Origin: an uncultured Solirubrobacterales bacterium
GTDB taxonomy: Bacteria; Actinomycetota; Thermoleophilia; Solirubrobacterales; Solirubrobacteraceae
Assembly: GCA_963806475.1 (NCBI GenBank)
Contig: CAWDYK010000013.1
Location: 211,905 to 275,904, forward strand
Direction: 5' to 3'
Length of the DNA: 64,000 nucleotides
The notes beneath the pieces were generated by a model. That model made no database searches. It worked only from the letters and a program-made list of their open reading frames with translations, and was not told where the DNA came from. Positions within the stretch are counted from its first letter, which is position 1, and every line of letters starts with the position of its first letter. The position numbers and the translations under genes are program-made. Positions 1-11,153 of this stretch are shown here, one piece after another.

Positions 1-616
1 CGACGTCGACCTCCTCGAGCAGCTGCTGCTTCTCCTCGGTCCTCAGCCGGAGCGCCCCGGCGATCAGGTGCGTTAGCGTGCTCGGGTCCTCGGTGTTGGC
101 CACCATGATCTGGAGCTCCTCGGGGAGGTACGGCACCTCGCGCACGATGTCCGTGAACGTCTGCTGGACGTTTCGCATCAGGGCGATCAACTCGGGCGTC
201 TGGTTGACGACGTCCGGGCGCTCCGAGATCTGCGCCAAGAGGTATGGCTCGGTCGCCAGCCAGGCGTCGATCCGGACCCGCTGACCACCCTGGATCAGCA
301 CCCGCAGGGTCCCGTCGGGCACACGGATCATGCGCGCCACCACCCCGATCACTCCGACCGGGTAGAGGTCCTCGGGACCCGGGCTCTCCACCTCTGGGTT
401 GCGGCTGGCGACCATCACCACCGAGCGATCGCCGCGCAGCGCGTCGTTGATCAGCTCGATGCTCCGCGGCTGGCCCACGTTCAATGGGATCAGCATCTCG
501 GGGAACGTGACGGTGTCTCGGAGCGGGAGCACTCCGGCGCGCTCGGGCAGCCCGCCGCCGGTCGGGCCGACCGTCAATTCCCTGGGGCCGCCGTCGGGAG
601 CGCCGATGTTGATCAC
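1..616 (-). CDS. lon: Lon protease, N-terminal part (truncated by window start)
   Basis: Manual minus-strand translation gives VLPLRDTVTFPEMLIPLNVGQPRSIELINDAL...HLIAGALRLRTEEKQQLLEEVD (LON N-domain); GTG start overlaps the hsp20 stop. Confidence 0.9.
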   Translation of the reverse strand, partial: MINIGAPDGGPRELTVGPTGGGLPERAGVLPLRDTVTFPEMLIPLNVGQPRSIELINDALRGDRSVVMVASRNPEVESPGPEDLYPVGVIGVVARMIRVPDGTLRVLIQGGQRVRIDAWLATEPYLLAQISERPDVVNQTPELIALMRNVQQTFTDIVREVPYLPEELQIMVANTEDPSTLTHLIAGALRLRTEEKQQLLEEVDV

Positions 617-1065
617 GGCGAGATCTCGCCGCTTTCGATCGGCACCGACCGTGCTCGCGACTCGGCGGGCACCAGCGGCAGCTCGACTCGCAGCATCCCG
701 TCCTCGTAGCGAGCCTTCGCGTCATCGGCGCGGACGTCGGCGCCGAGCTCGATCACGCGCCGGAAACCGCCGCGCTCGATCTCGACCTGTTGATAGACGT
801 CTCCCTCGATCGCCGGCAGGTCCCGGCGGCCCGACAGCAGCAGCTGACGTCCCTGGATCTCGAGTTCGAGTGCGTCCATGTCGACGCCGGGGAGCTCGGC
901 GGTGACGATCGCTCGCGGGGGGTCGGCCGTGTAGGCGATATCAACCGCGGGCACAAACCCCAACTTCCGTCTGGACAGGCCGGTGCGCTCCAGCACGTCG
1001 CCGAACAGTTCGTCCATGTCGCGGCGCATGCGGTCGAAATTCGCGAACAGGTCTCGCTCGGGCAT
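613..1065 (-). CDS. Hsp20/alpha-crystallin small heat shock protein
   Basis: ELPGVD...IERGGFRRVIEL...ARYEDGMLRVELP motifs; coupled to lon. Confidence 0.9.
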   Translation of the reverse strand: MPERDLFANFDRMRRDMDELFGDVLERTGLSRRKLGFVPAVDIAYTADPPRAIVTAELPGVDMDALELEIQGRQLLLSGRRDLPAIEGDVYQQVEIERGGFRRVIELGADVRADDAKARYEDGMLRVELPLVPAESRARSVPIESGEISP

Positions 1066-1321
1066 AACGTCAAGGTTAAGGGTTCGCGACTGAATTGGTG
1101 GCCGGAGCTGACGAGTGGCTGGGCGTGTCTGGCGCCGCCGGTTCGCCGCGATAATACCGGGAGCATTTGACGGCGAGCCGGTGGCGTCAGGCGCGTCCAG
1201 ACGCCCTCAGAGACGTCAGTAATCCAGTCGTGAGCCCTAAGCTAGGTGCGAAGGCCGCGCGGCGGCGGAGGCGGAGCGATGACCCTGACCGGCTCGCCCT
1301 CGGTCCCAGCTTGGGCCGCTC

Positions 1322-2113
1322 CTAGATCGTGTAAACGGCCCCTTCGCGAGCCAGCTCGACAGCCTCTCCGAACGCCCCGGCCGCCTGGGACCGGGCCCAT
1401 TCCGAGTCGAGCTCGTCGGAGAAATGGGTCAGGACGAGCTGCCTCGCGCGCGCCAGGCGGCCCAGCTCGCCGGCCTCGGACGGCGTCAGATGGCCCCGCA
1501 CTCCGGTGCGCTCGGGCCGCGGCAGCGTAGCCTCGATCAGCAGCACGTCGGTGTCTCGTGCGAACGCGACCAGGTCCGCGTTGGGGCTGCAGTCGGCGCT
1601 GTAGGTCAGCCTCCCGCTGCCATTGGTCGCGATCTGCACGGCGTACGTGGGCGTGTAATGAGGGACCTCGCAGAAGCGCACCGAGAACGGTCCGATCTCA
1701 GGCTCGTCGGGCGCGTCGTACTCGCGAAGCGTGAACGCGTTCTCGATCAAGTCCTCGTTGCCCCAGCAGCCCACGACGTGGCGGAAGAACTCGGCTGCGC
1801 CGACGGGCGCATACAGCTCCGGCCGGGCCGGCTGGATCGTCCCTGGCCAGCCCGCGACCGGCACCGGCTGCTGGCGCGGGGCATAGGTAAGCGCGTAGGC
1901 GAACGGGATCAGGTCGAGGAAGTGGTCGGCATGCAGGTGACTGATCAGGACCGCGCCGACGTCGACGTAGTCGCAAACGCCCCGGAGCTTCGAGAACACG
2001 CCGTTGCCACAGTCGATCAGCAGCGTGAAGTCGCCCTCTTGTAGCAGGTACCCGCTACATGCCCCACCAACATCCTGCCACGACGGCGACTTGCCCAGTA
2101 CGGTGATCCGCAC
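1322..2113 (-). CDS. MBL-fold metallo-hydrolase (RNase Z/BN-like)
   Basis: SHLHADHFLD motif, YSAD, GHLT, LTHF; start likely GTG at 2113. Confidence 0.85.
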   Translation of the reverse strand: MRITVLGKSPSWQDVGGACSGYLLQEGDFTLLIDCGNGVFSKLRGVCDYVDVGAVLISHLHADHFLDLIPFAYALTYAPRQQPVPVAGWPGTIQPARPELYAPVGAAEFFRHVVGCWGNEDLIENAFTLREYDAPDEPEIGPFSVRFCEVPHYTPTYAVQIATNGSGRLTYSADCSPNADLVAFARDTDVLLIEATLPRPERTGVRGHLTPSEAGELGRLARARQLVLTHFSDELDSEWARSQAAGAFGEAVELAREGAVYTI

Positions 2114-2149
2114 CCCGCTCCTCTCTTGTGACTCTGACACTCTAACCGT

Positions 2150-3435
2150 GTGGCCACGGCGCACGTGCAGATGCCATTGGTCTTGGTGTCAGGCCTTCAG
2201 ACCTTCCGCGTATCGCTGCTGGTGCTGGGCGGGGTCCCGGTGGTCGGCGCGCTGCTGTCCGGAATCGCGCGACGCAGCTTCCTGTCGTTGGCCGCCCTGT
2301 TCGTGCTCGTCGGGTTCGTGCTGGGGCCGGGCGTGACCGACGCGCTTCATTTCGACGCCCGCTCGGCGTTCGTCGAGGATCTCGCCACCGTTGCCCTGAT
2401 CGTGATCCTGTTTCGAGACGGGCTCGAGGTCGACGGGGAGATGCTCCAGGCGCACTGGCACCTGCCCCTGCGAAAGCTCGCCCTCGCGATGCCGCTGACG
2501 GCCGTGATCGTGGCGCTCGCGGCGCGCGCGCTGATCGGCCTCTCCTGGACCGAGTCGTTCCTACTGGGGGCGCTGCTCTCGCCGACCGATCCGGTGCTGT
2601 CGTCGGGCGTGGTCACCAATCCTCGCGTCCCGCGGATCATCCGCCACTCGCTCAACCTCGAGTCGGGGCTGAACGACGCCCTCGCGCTCCCCGCGGTGCT
2701 CGCGTTCGCGGCCGCGCTGAGCACCGGCGGGGGGAGCTTCGTGTGGTGGCGCTTCGTGTTGCAGGACGTCACCATCGGCCTCGCAACGGGGCTCGTGGTC
2801 GGCTTCGTCGCCGCCTGGCTGATGCCGCGCGACAGGGCCTCGAGCAGGGCATCCCGCCGCATCAGAAGTCGCTCTATGCGCTGGGAACCGGGTTCGCCGC
2901 GTACGGGCTCGCGGTCCTCCCGCCGCACGGGAACGGCTTGATCGCCGTGTTCGTCGCGGCGATCACGCTCGGCATCCGCCGCGTCGACATCCGCGGATAC
3001 TTCGAGCGTCAGGCCGAGGATCTGGTCGAGATCGTGAAGGTCGGCGTATTCGTCGTGTTCGGCTCGCTGCTGACCCTGCATGAGCTGTTCGGCGACGGCT
3101 GGTCCGCCGTCGGGATCGTCCTCATGACGCTGCTGGTGGCGGGGCCGGTGGCGGTGTTCGCAGCCCTCGCGGGCACCAACACCGACATGACAACGCGAGC
3201 GTTCATGTCGTGGTTCGGACCGAAGGGCGTCGGGACGATGACCTTCTCGCTGCTCGTGCTCGGCGAGCAGATCACCGCCGGCCTGGGGATCTTCAACCTC
3301 GCCGCGCTGGTCGTGTTCTGCTCCGTGATCGTCCATGGCCTGAGCGACACGCCGGGTGTCGATTGGATCGCGCGACGCAGCGAGCGCCCGCCACGCACGC
3401 CGGCGGCGATCAGCGGCGGCGCGAGGGGTCCATGA
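2150..3435 (+). CDS. CPA1 cation:proton antiporter (frameshift near 2840)
   Basis: LSPTDPV, ESGLNDAL, WFGPKG motifs split over ORFs 2150-2941 and 2743-3435. Confidence 0.85.
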
Positions 3436-3536
3436 TCCAGCCGAGAAGGATCGCGATGAGCACGAAAGCGATGAATCCGCCGATCAGAGGCCAGAACATG
3501 CCGCGAAACATATAGGGCCGGGGCGGACGCTGCGCC

Positions 3537-3767
3537 TCAGCGATGCAACGCGACCTGCTCGGACGCCGACGGGAACGCCCAGGCGACCTGACGACGCCGC
3601 TCCTGACGGAACACAAACCGCAGCTGGCTGGGCGGGCGCAGCCCGTCGGGGTGCGCCGGCCGGAAGGTGGCACAGGGACCGGCCTCTGAGACTGCACAAA
3701 GAAGGTTCTGGTGAAAGAAGCAATCTTCGCAGCGCGGCTTCGCTGCCCCAGTCCGGCTGGTTCCCAT
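3537..3767 (-). CDS. Small Cys-rich hypothetical protein
   Basis: CEDCFF...LCA...PCATFRP pattern of four Cys, possible metal binding. Confidence 0.55.
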   Translation of the reverse strand: MGTSRTGAAKPRCEDCFFHQNLLCAVSEAGPCATFRPAHPDGLRPPSQLRFVFRQERRRQVAWAFPSASEQVALHR

Positions 3768-3814
3768 ACGCGACTCCATCCCGTTCGTGATCAGCACTCA
3801 GGCGACGACCTAAT

Positions 3815-3976
3815 GGGCCTCGTCGAGACGTTCCGCCTGGTTACCACGAGACCGGGGGCCGACAGGCAGGACCCAGCATCCGACGCGCACTGGAGGTCGC
3901 GAGGATTCGAGGACAAAGCCTGGCGGATCCTTCCCCACCCACCCGTCGTAACCGGTGGCATGTCTCGGCGGGACCC
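3815..3976 (-). ncRNA. Candidate structured RNA (6S-like rod or 5' leader)
   Basis: Ends pair on the minus strand (GGGUC..CGAGAC/GUCUCG..GGCCC; GGUUAC/GUAACC; GACGGGUGGG/CCUGCCUGUC with G-U wobbles); intergenic. Confidence 0.4.
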
Positions 3977-4205
3977 ACAAGCATCAAAGCGAAACCCGCC
4001 CCCCTCGCGCAACGGCGAACTCCGGAAAACGCAGGAAACTCTTGGATCGTCTAAATCCCTGGAAAGAGCGGGAAGTTTCGGGCGCGGCACGAGAACGTTC
4101 CGCATTTTCGTAGCTTTCCTCGCGATTCGCGATGTCGCCCGGCGATTCCGCAGCAGCCACCAAGCCGTCACCGATCTCGCGTGCCGGCTACGAGCGGCGG
4201 GCAGC

Positions 4206-5123
4206 ATGAAGGTGCTGGTGACCGGGGTTACGGGCTACGTCGGCTCGCGGCTCGTGCCGCGCCTGCAGCGAGACGGGCATGAGCTTGTGGGGTTCGTGCG
4301 GTCGCCGCAGCCGCCGGATCTGGGGATCTCGATCGTCCGAGGCGATGCCGTGAGCGGCAGAGGATTGGAGGAGGCCCTTGACGGGGTCGATGTCGCCTAC
4401 TACCTGATCCATTCGATGGAACCGGATGGAGGCAATCGCGCCTTCGATCTGCGCGAGCGCGCGGCGGCGAACAACTTCGCGCGCGCCGCGGAGCGTGCGG
4501 GCGTGAAGCGCGTGATCTATCTGGGGGGGCTGATGCCTTCGGGTGGCCGGGCGTCGCCACACCTCGCCAGCCGGCACGCGGTCGAGGAGGTCCTGCTCGA
4601 CGCGAGCCCGTGCTCGGTCGCGCTACGCGCGTCGATCGTGATCGGCGCGGGGTCCCGCTCGTTTCGGTTCCTCGTGCGATTGGTGGAACGGCTCCCGGTG
4701 CTGGCGCTGCCCGCCTGGAAGGAGCATCGGACGCGCCCCGTCGACGAGCGCGACGTGCTCGAGATACTCGCGCGCTCGATCACGACCGACGGTGCCTGCG
4801 GGCAGTCGCTCGACATCGGGGGGCCAGAGGCCGTCACCTACGAGGAGCTTATCGATCGGATCCGCGACCACTTGCTGATCGCCCGTCCGACGATCGGATT
4901 CAGACGACTGACCCTCACGCCGATCGCCAGCCGGATCGCATCGGTGATCGCCGGCGAGAAGCATGAGCTTATCGGTCCGCTGATGGAAGGCCTCGGTACC
5001 GACCTGCTCCCGCGCGACGAGCGCGCCGTGGAACTGTTCGGGGTGCGGATGCACTCGCTCGACGCAGCGATCGAACGCGCACTGCGCGAGTGGGAAAGCG
5101 AAGCTTCGCTCGCTGCGAGATAG
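4206..5123 (+). CDS. NAD(P)-binding atypical SDR (YbjT-like)
   Basis: MKVLVTGVTGYVG, YYLIHSM, HLASRHAVE. Confidence 0.85.
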   Translation: MKVLVTGVTGYVGSRLVPRLQRDGHELVGFVRSPQPPDLGISIVRGDAVSGRGLEEALDGVDVAYYLIHSMEPDGGNRAFDLRERAAANNFARAAERAGVKRVIYLGGLMPSGGRASPHLASRHAVEEVLLDASPCSVALRASIVIGAGSRSFRFLVRLVERLPVLALPAWKEHRTRPVDERDVLEILARSITTDGACGQSLDIGGPEAVTYEELIDRIRDHLLIARPTIGFRRLTLTPIASRIASVIAGEKHELIGPLMEGLGTDLLPRDERAVELFGVRMHSLDAAIERALREWESEASLAAR

Positions 5124-5149
5124 CAGGCGTTAGTGTCTGCTCGCAAGCC

Positions 5150-5599
5150 ATGAGCATTGTCCATACCAAGATCCGGATCAACGCTCCGATGGAACGGGTC
5201 TGGGAGACAGTGATGGATCCCAATCGTCTCGAGGATTGGGTCACCATTCACCGGTCGGTAAAGGACGTGTCCGAGGACCCGCTCCGGAAGGGCTCGACGA
5301 TGGAGCAGGTCCTGCACATGCGCGGCGTCTCGTTCCGAGTGCACTGGACCGTCGTGGACGTCAGCGCCCCCCACGTCGCCGAGTGGGAGGGCCGGGGCCC
5401 CGCCCACTCGCGTGCCCGCATCCGTTACGAGCTGACGGGAGAAGACGACAGTCAAACCGTGTTCGAATACGTGAACGAATTCACGGTGCCCGGCGGGCGC
5501 CTCGGTGGTGTCGCAAGCAGGGTGATCGTGGGCGGCGCTTCCGAGCGCGAGGCGAACGGTTCACTGCAGCGCTTGAAGGCACTGGTCGAACGCGGGTAA
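5150..5599 (+). CDS. SRPBCC/polyketide cyclase family protein
   Basis: INAPMERVWETVMDPNRLEDW...SLQRLKALVE. Confidence 0.8.
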   Translation: MSIVHTKIRINAPMERVWETVMDPNRLEDWVTIHRSVKDVSEDPLRKGSTMEQVLHMRGVSFRVHWTVVDVSAPHVAEWEGRGPAHSRARIRYELTGEDDSQTVFEYVNEFTVPGGRLGGVASRVIVGGASEREANGSLQRLKALVERG

Positions 5600-5713
5600 C
5601 ACTCCCACGCGCCGCCCGCAACTGCAACGTTGCACCCATAGGCTCCGCCTGTCGCACGCGTGTGTATCGTTTCACTATGTTTTGGGTCAATAACGATGAT
5701 GGAGGAGACCCTA

Positions 5714-6085
5714 TTGGCAGAATTCGTTGACACTACGGTGAAGGACATCGACGCGCGCTTGCGCGAGCTGGGTGAGGAGGTCAACAAGCTCGAGGCCGCG
5801 CGGGCCGCCCTCGTCGGTGGCCGCCGCAGACCGGGTCGTCCACCCGGCTCCGGCGGTGCGACCGAGACAGGGCGCAGCACCGACCGGCCGGCAGAGCGTC
5901 GCGGAGGCAATACCCGCGCGAACCAGGCGCTCGAGCTCGTTCGCAGTCGACCCGGGATCACGATCCCCCAGATCGCCGAGGCACTGAACATCGAGCCGAA
6001 TTACCTGTACCGCGTGATGCCGAAGCTGGTAGCCGACGGGCTGGTCACCAGGGATGGTCAGGGCTGGCGCCCGAGAGGCTCGTAG
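5714..6085 (+). CDS. Small DNA-binding protein (coiled coil, RPGRPP, winged HTH)
   Basis: GGAGGAG RBS before TTG; RRRPGRPP; PGITIPQIAEALNIEPNYLYRV. Confidence 0.7.
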   Translation: MAEFVDTTVKDIDARLRELGEEVNKLEAARAALVGGRRRPGRPPGSGGATETGRSTDRPAERRGGNTRANQALELVRSRPGITIPQIAEALNIEPNYLYRVMPKLVADGLVTRDGQGWRPRGS

Positions 6086-6155
6086 TGCCCGCCGGTGGCG
6101 TGGCGGCGCCCTCCGCGCCGCCGTTTGCCACTAGTGAGGGTTCCGCGCTCCGCGC

Positions 6156-7145
6156 TTAGATCAGGCTGAGCTGCCTTACCGCGTCGCGCTCATCCTTGAG
6201 CTCGCTTACGGTCGCGTCGATGCGTGCCCGGGAGAAATCGTTGATCTCGAGTCCTTGCACGACCTCGTAGGTGCCGTTGGAGGTAGTCACCGGGAAGCTC
6301 GAGATCACTCCCTCCTCGACGCCGTAGGAGCCATCAGAGGGAATCGCCATCGAGACCCAGTCACCGGCCGCCGTGCCGAGCACCCAATCGTGTACGTGGC
6401 CGATCGCCGCGTTCGCCGCGGAGGCAGCGCTCGAGGCGCCACGCGCCTCGATGACCGCCGCGCCGCGCTTCTGCACGGTTGGAATGAACTCGTTCTCGAG
6501 CCACGATTGGTCAGCGACCGCCTCGGCGGCGTTCTGGCCGCCAACCTTGGCGTGGAAGATGTCCGGGTACTGGGTTGCCGAATGGTTGCCCCAGATCGTC
6601 ATGTTGGTGATGTCCTCCACGGCCGCACCGGTCTTCCCGGCGAGTTGCGCGATCGCTCGGTTGTGGTCGAGGCGCGTCATCGCGGTGAAGCGCTCGCCCG
6701 GGATGTCGGGCGCGTTGCTCTGCGCGATCAGGCAGTTGGTGTTGGCGGGGTTGCCGACGACCAGCACCTTGATGTCGGAGGCAGCATGCACGCCCAGCGC
6801 CTCGCCCTGAGGCTTGAAGATCCCGCCGTTGGCCTCGAGTAGGTCGCTTCGCTCCATCCCCTTCGTGCGGGGGCGCGCACCGACCAGCAACGCGATATTC
6901 GCGCCGTCGAACGCCTTGTTGGGGTCATCGAAGATGTCGACGTCCGCCAGCAGCGGAAAGGCACAGTCGGTGAGCTCCATCGCCGTGCCCTCCGCCGCCC
7001 TGATTGCGTCTGGGATCTCGAGCAGCGACAAATGAACCGCCGTGTCGGGGCCGAGCAGCTGACCACTCGCGATGCGGAACAGGATCGCGTAGCCGATCTG
7101 ACCGGCGGCGCCGGTTATCGCCACTCGCACTGGGGAATCGCTCAC
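6156..7145 (-). CDS. mdh: Malate dehydrogenase
   Basis: [33 protein letters not shown]. Confidence 0.97.
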   Translation of the reverse strand: MSDSPVRVAITGAAGQIGYAILFRIASGQLLGPDTAVHLSLLEIPDAIRAAEGTAMELTDCAFPLLADVDIFDDPNKAFDGANIALLVGARPRTKGMERSDLLEANGGIFKPQGEALGVHAASDIKVLVVGNPANTNCLIAQSNAPDIPGERFTAMTRLDHNRAIAQLAGKTGAAVEDITNMTIWGNHSATQYPDIFHAKVGGQNAAEAVADQSWLENEFIPTVQKRGAAVIEARGASSAASAANAAIGHVHDWVLGTAAGDWVSMAIPSDGSYGVEEGVISSFPVTTSNGTYEVVQGLEINDFSRARIDATVSELKDERDAVRQLSLI

Positions 7146-7298
7146 TGTCTGTTCATCTCCTTCGCAGCTGGACTGTCACACCCGATGTATATCGCGCACA
7201 GGCGTGGCGGCGCGGTTCGGTGCCCGGGCTCGCTCGAGCGCGTCCCGGGCCGGACGATGGCGTCGGGCGCGGCGCCTGGACGCTAGGGTGCTGCCGGC

Positions 7299-9518
7299 AT
7301 GCACATCGTCTACACCCACACGGATGAGGCGCCAGCGCTCGCCACGCAGTCGCTGCTGCCTGTGATCCGTGCCTACGCGGCCGCGGCCGACATCGAGATC
7401 GAGCTTCGAGACATCTCCCTGGCCGGGCGCATCCTCGCGCAGTTCCCGGAGCGCCTTAGCGACGAACAGCGGGTCGCCGACGCGCTCGACGAGCTCGGCC
7501 AGCTGGCCCGAACGCCCGATGCGAACATCATCAAGCTGCCGAACGTCAGCGCGTCGGTGCCGCAGCTGAAGGCGGCCATCTGCGAGCTGCAGAATCAGGG
7601 TTACGACATCCCCGATTACCCCGAGGAGCCCGCGGACGACGAGCAGCGGGAGGTCCGTACGCGCTACGACAAGGTCCAGGGAAGCGCGGTCAACCCGGTG
7701 CTCCGGGAGGGCAACTCGGACCGCCGCGCTCCTCAGTCGGTGAAGGAGTACGCGCGCCGCCACCCGCATTCGGTGGGTGCGTGGTCGCGCGACTCGCGCT
7801 CCCACGTCGCGACCATGCGCGAGGGGGACTTCCGCTCGACCGAGAAGTCGGTGACGGTGGCGAGCGGAGGGACGTTCCGGATCGAGCACGTGGCGGCGGA
7901 CGGGTCGGTCACCGTGCTGAGAGATGACGCGCCCGTGGTCGAGGGCGAGGTGCTCGATGCGGCGGTGATGCGCCGCATCGCGCTCGAGAAGTTCCTCGCG
8001 CGGCAGGTGGCCGACGCCAAGGAGCAGGGCGTCCTGTTCTCGGTGCACCTCAAGGCGACGATGATGAAGGTGTCCGACCCGATCATCTTCGGCCATGCGG
8101 TCAGGGCGTACTTCGCTGCGCTGTTTGCCTCCCACGGCGACGCGCTGAAGTCGGTCGGGGCGAACCCCAACGACGGCCTCGGCGCGCTGCTGAAGGCGAT
8201 CGAGGATCTGCCTGCGGCCGAGCGCGACGCAATCCGCGAGGCGATCGACGCCACCTACGAGGACGGCCCGCCGCTGGCGATGGTCGACTCCGACCGTGGC
8301 ATCACGAACCTCCATGTGCCGAGCGACGTGATCGTCGACGCCTCGATGCCCGCTGCGATCCGCTCTTCGGGACAGATGTGGAATGCCAACGGCGAGCACC
8401 AGGACGCGAAGTTCGTGATCCCCGACCACTCATACGCGGCACTGTACGCTGAGACTGTCGATCACTGCCGCGAGCACGGGGCGTTCGATCCCGCGACGAT
8501 GGGCACGACGCCGAACGTGGGGCTGATGGCGCAGGCGGCCGAGGAGTACGGCTCCCACGACAAGACGTTCGAGATCGCCGCTCCGGGCGTGGTCCGCGTG
8601 GTCGGCGAGTCAGGCCAGACGCTGCTCGAGCACGAGGTCGCGGCCGGCGACATCTGGCGGTTGTGCCAGACCAAGGACGCGGCGATCCAGAACTGGGTGC
8701 GCCTAGCGGTGGCGCGGGCTCGGGAGACCGGATGGCCCACGGTCTTCTGGCTCGACGAGCACCGCGCTCACGACGCCGAGCTGCTCGAAAAGACACTGCC
8801 CGCGCTCGAGCAGCTCGACACGGACGGCCTGCAGATCGAGATTCGCGATGTCGCTTCGGCGGCGCGGTTTACGCTCGAACGGGCCCGGCGCAGCGAGAAC
8901 ACGATCTCGGTTACCGGAAACGTTCTCCGCGATTACCTGACCGACCTGTTCCCGATCCTCGAGCTCGGGACGAGCGCGAAGATGCTCTCGATCGTCCCGC
9001 TGATGAATGGGGGCGGCCTGTTCGAGACCGGCGCCGGTGGCTCGGCCCCCAGGCATGTCCAGCAGTTCCTAAACGAGAACCATCTGCGCTGGGATTCGCT
9101 CGGCGAGTTCCTGGCGCTGGCGCCGTCGCTCGAGCTGCTCGCCGACAGGGACGACCAGCCGCGCGCGCGGATCCTCGCACGGACGCTCGACCGGGCGACC
9201 GGGCGGCTGCTCGAGGAGGACCGCTCTCCGTCCCGCACGACCGGCGAGCTCGATAACCGCGGAAGTCACTTCTATCTGGCGCTCTACTGGGCTCAGGAGC
9301 TGGCGTCCCAGGACGATGACTCAGGCCTCGCGGATCGGTTCACCGCGCTCGCGGAAAGGCTCGCTCATGATGAGAAGCAGATCGTCGCCGAGCTGAACGA
9401 GGTTCAGGGCTCTCCCGTGGACATCGGCGGCTACTACCACCCCGACCCCGACCTGATGGCTGCGGCGATGCGCCCGAGCGAGACGTTCAACCACGCGCTC
9501 GAGGGTCTGAAGGTCTGA
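7299..9518 (+). CDS. icd: Monomeric NADP-dependent isocitrate dehydrogenase
   Basis: [42 protein letters not shown]; 739 aa. Confidence 0.97.
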   Translation: MHIVYTHTDEAPALATQSLLPVIRAYAAAADIEIELRDISLAGRILAQFPERLSDEQRVADALDELGQLARTPDANIIKLPNVSASVPQLKAAICELQNQGYDIPDYPEEPADDEQREVRTRYDKVQGSAVNPVLREGNSDRRAPQSVKEYARRHPHSVGAWSRDSRSHVATMREGDFRSTEKSVTVASGGTFRIEHVAADGSVTVLRDDAPVVEGEVLDAAVMRRIALEKFLARQVADAKEQGVLFSVHLKATMMKVSDPIIFGHAVRAYFAALFASHGDALKSVGANPNDGLGALLKAIEDLPAAERDAIREAIDATYEDGPPLAMVDSDRGITNLHVPSDVIVDASMPAAIRSSGQMWNANGEHQDAKFVIPDHSYAALYAETVDHCREHGAFDPATMGTTPNVGLMAQAAEEYGSHDKTFEIAAPGVVRVVGESGQTLLEHEVAAGDIWRLCQTKDAAIQNWVRLAVARARETGWPTVFWLDEHRAHDAELLEKTLPALEQLDTDGLQIEIRDVASAARFTLERARRSENTISVTGNVLRDYLTDLFPILELGTSAKMLSIVPLMNGGGLFETGAGGSAPRHVQQFLNENHLRWDSLGEFLALAPSLELLADRDDQPRARILARTLDRATGRLLEEDRSPSRTTGELDNRGSHFYLALYWAQELASQDDDSGLADRFTALAERLAHDEKQIVAELNEVQGSPVDIGGYYHPDPDLMAAAMRPSETFNHALEGLKV

Positions 9519-9583
9519 CGCAACCGGCGCCTGCGCCCGGCGCGCCTGCGCCCGGCTCGCGCGGCTAGCCTCGCGCGGTTAGG

Positions 9584-11086
9584 TTAGAGGTCGACCCCAT
9601 AGACCTCGGATAACTTCGACTTCAGGTAGGCGACGAACGGACCAACCGCGATCGGGGCGCCGACCACGCGCTGGAGCAGTTCCTGGGTGGTGAACTTCGC
9701 TCCATGTCGGTGGACGTGCTCGCGCAGCCAGTTGCTCAGCGGCGCGAGCTCCGCGGCCGCGATCCGCTGCTCGAGGCTCGGGGTGTCGTTGTGCACTCGC
9801 TCCCACAGCTGTCCGGCGATCAGGTTGCCTAGCGCGTACGTGGGGAAGTAGCCGATCGAGACCGACGACCAGTGCACATCCTGGAGCACGCCGTGGGCGT
9901 CATCGGGGACGTCGAGTCCGAAGTACTCCTTGAAGCGGCTGTTCCACGCCTCGGGCAGATCTTGGGCCGCGAGGCTCCCCTCGATCAGCTCCTGCTCGAT
10001 CTCGAACCGCAGCACGATGTGCAGCCCGTAGGTTGCCTCATCGGCCTCGACGCGGATGAACGACGGGGTCGTCTTGTTGACCGCGCGGAACAGCGCGTCG
10101 GACTCGACCTCGACCCCGAAGCGGCTCGAGACCATCGGCGCCAGCACTTCGCAGAATGCGCGCCCGCGACCGACCATGTTCTCCCACATGCGGCTCTGGG
10201 ACTCGTGCAGGCTGAGCGATTCTGCGTGCCCGAGCGGAGTGCGCTGAAGCCCGTCGGCGATCCCCTCCTCGTAGAGCCCGTGACCGGTTTCGTGCATCGC
10301 TCCGTACAGGCCCGATGCGAAGAAATGCGGATCCCAACGCGTGGTGATCCGCACGTCGCCCGATCCGAACCCGATCGCGAACGGATGCACGGCATCGTCG
10401 ATCCGCCACCCCTGCCGGTTGAACCCCATCAGCTTGACCACGTCCTCGACGAGCAGGCGTTGCTCGCCCACCGGGAAGTCGCCATGCAGACATGAGTCAT
10501 CGACCTTCTCCTGATGGGCGCCCAGCGTCGCGATCATGGGCACGAGCTCGCGCTTGAGCTCCTCGAACAGCCGCTTGGTCGCAGCTGTCGTCATTCCCAG
10601 GTCGTAGTCGTCGAGCAGCGCGTCGTACGCGCACTCGAACTCGTCGAAGCACTCGACATAGCGTCTGGCGAGCTCAAGGTTGTGTTCGAGGTACGGGGCG
10701 AACGCGCCGAAGTCGGAGTTTCTCCGGGCCTCGATCCAAGCCTCCTGCCCGATCGAGCCGGCGCGCGCGATCTCGGCCGCCAGCTCGCTCGGAACCTTCC
10801 TGGCCTTCTCCCAGTTGCGCTGGGTGACACGGACGAGGCGGCTGTCGTCGGAGTCCTCGGAGGCGCCGTTCAGTTCCGCCGCGGCCGCCTCGAGCAGCCG
10901 GCCGGTGTGGGCCGAGACGAACATCTCGTGGCTGATCCGGCCGAGTGTCGCGAGCGAGTCGGCCCGCGCGGGACCGCCGCGCGGGGGCATCATCGTCTGC
11001 TGATCCCAGCCGAGGAGATGGCTCGCGTTGCGCAGGTCAACGAGCTCGGCAAGGTGTGCGTGGAGTTCACCTAGATGGTCGGTCAC
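9584..11086 (-). CDS. Carboxypeptidase M32 (Taq-type)
   Basis: HPF, HETGH, HESQSR, IRVEADE, QDVHW, GYFPTY. Confidence 0.95.
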   Translation of the reverse strand: MTDHLGELHAHLAELVDLRNASHLLGWDQQTMMPPRGGPARADSLATLGRISHEMFVSAHTGRLLEAAAAELNGASEDSDDSRLVRVTQRNWEKARKVPSELAAEIARAGSIGQEAWIEARRNSDFGAFAPYLEHNLELARRYVECFDEFECAYDALLDDYDLGMTTAATKRLFEELKRELVPMIATLGAHQEKVDDSCLHGDFPVGEQRLLVEDVVKLMGFNRQGWRIDDAVHPFAIGFGSGDVRITTRWDPHFFASGLYGAMHETGHGLYEEGIADGLQRTPLGHAESLSLHESQSRMWENMVGRGRAFCEVLAPMVSSRFGVEVESDALFRAVNKTTPSFIRVEADEATYGLHIVLRFEIEQELIEGSLAAQDLPEAWNSRFKEYFGLDVPDDAHGVLQDVHWSSVSIGYFPTYALGNLIAGQLWERVHNDTPSLEQRIAAAELAPLSNWLREHVHRHGAKFTTQELLQRVVGAPIAVGPFVAYLKSKLSEVYGVDL

Positions 11087-11153
11087 TTGTCGCCTCCTTG
11101 TGTGACGGATGATGCCCTACAACGTGGCGCGGCAGCTATGAGACCATTGCAGG

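Noticed and set aside
1066-1320. Heat-shock operator (CIRCE/HAIR) upstream of hsp20-lon
   Set aside because: No match to either consensus found by eye
9525-9560. Tandem GCGCCTGCGCCCGGC repeat between icd and the M32 peptidase gene
   Set aside because: Only two units and no spacers; not CRISPR
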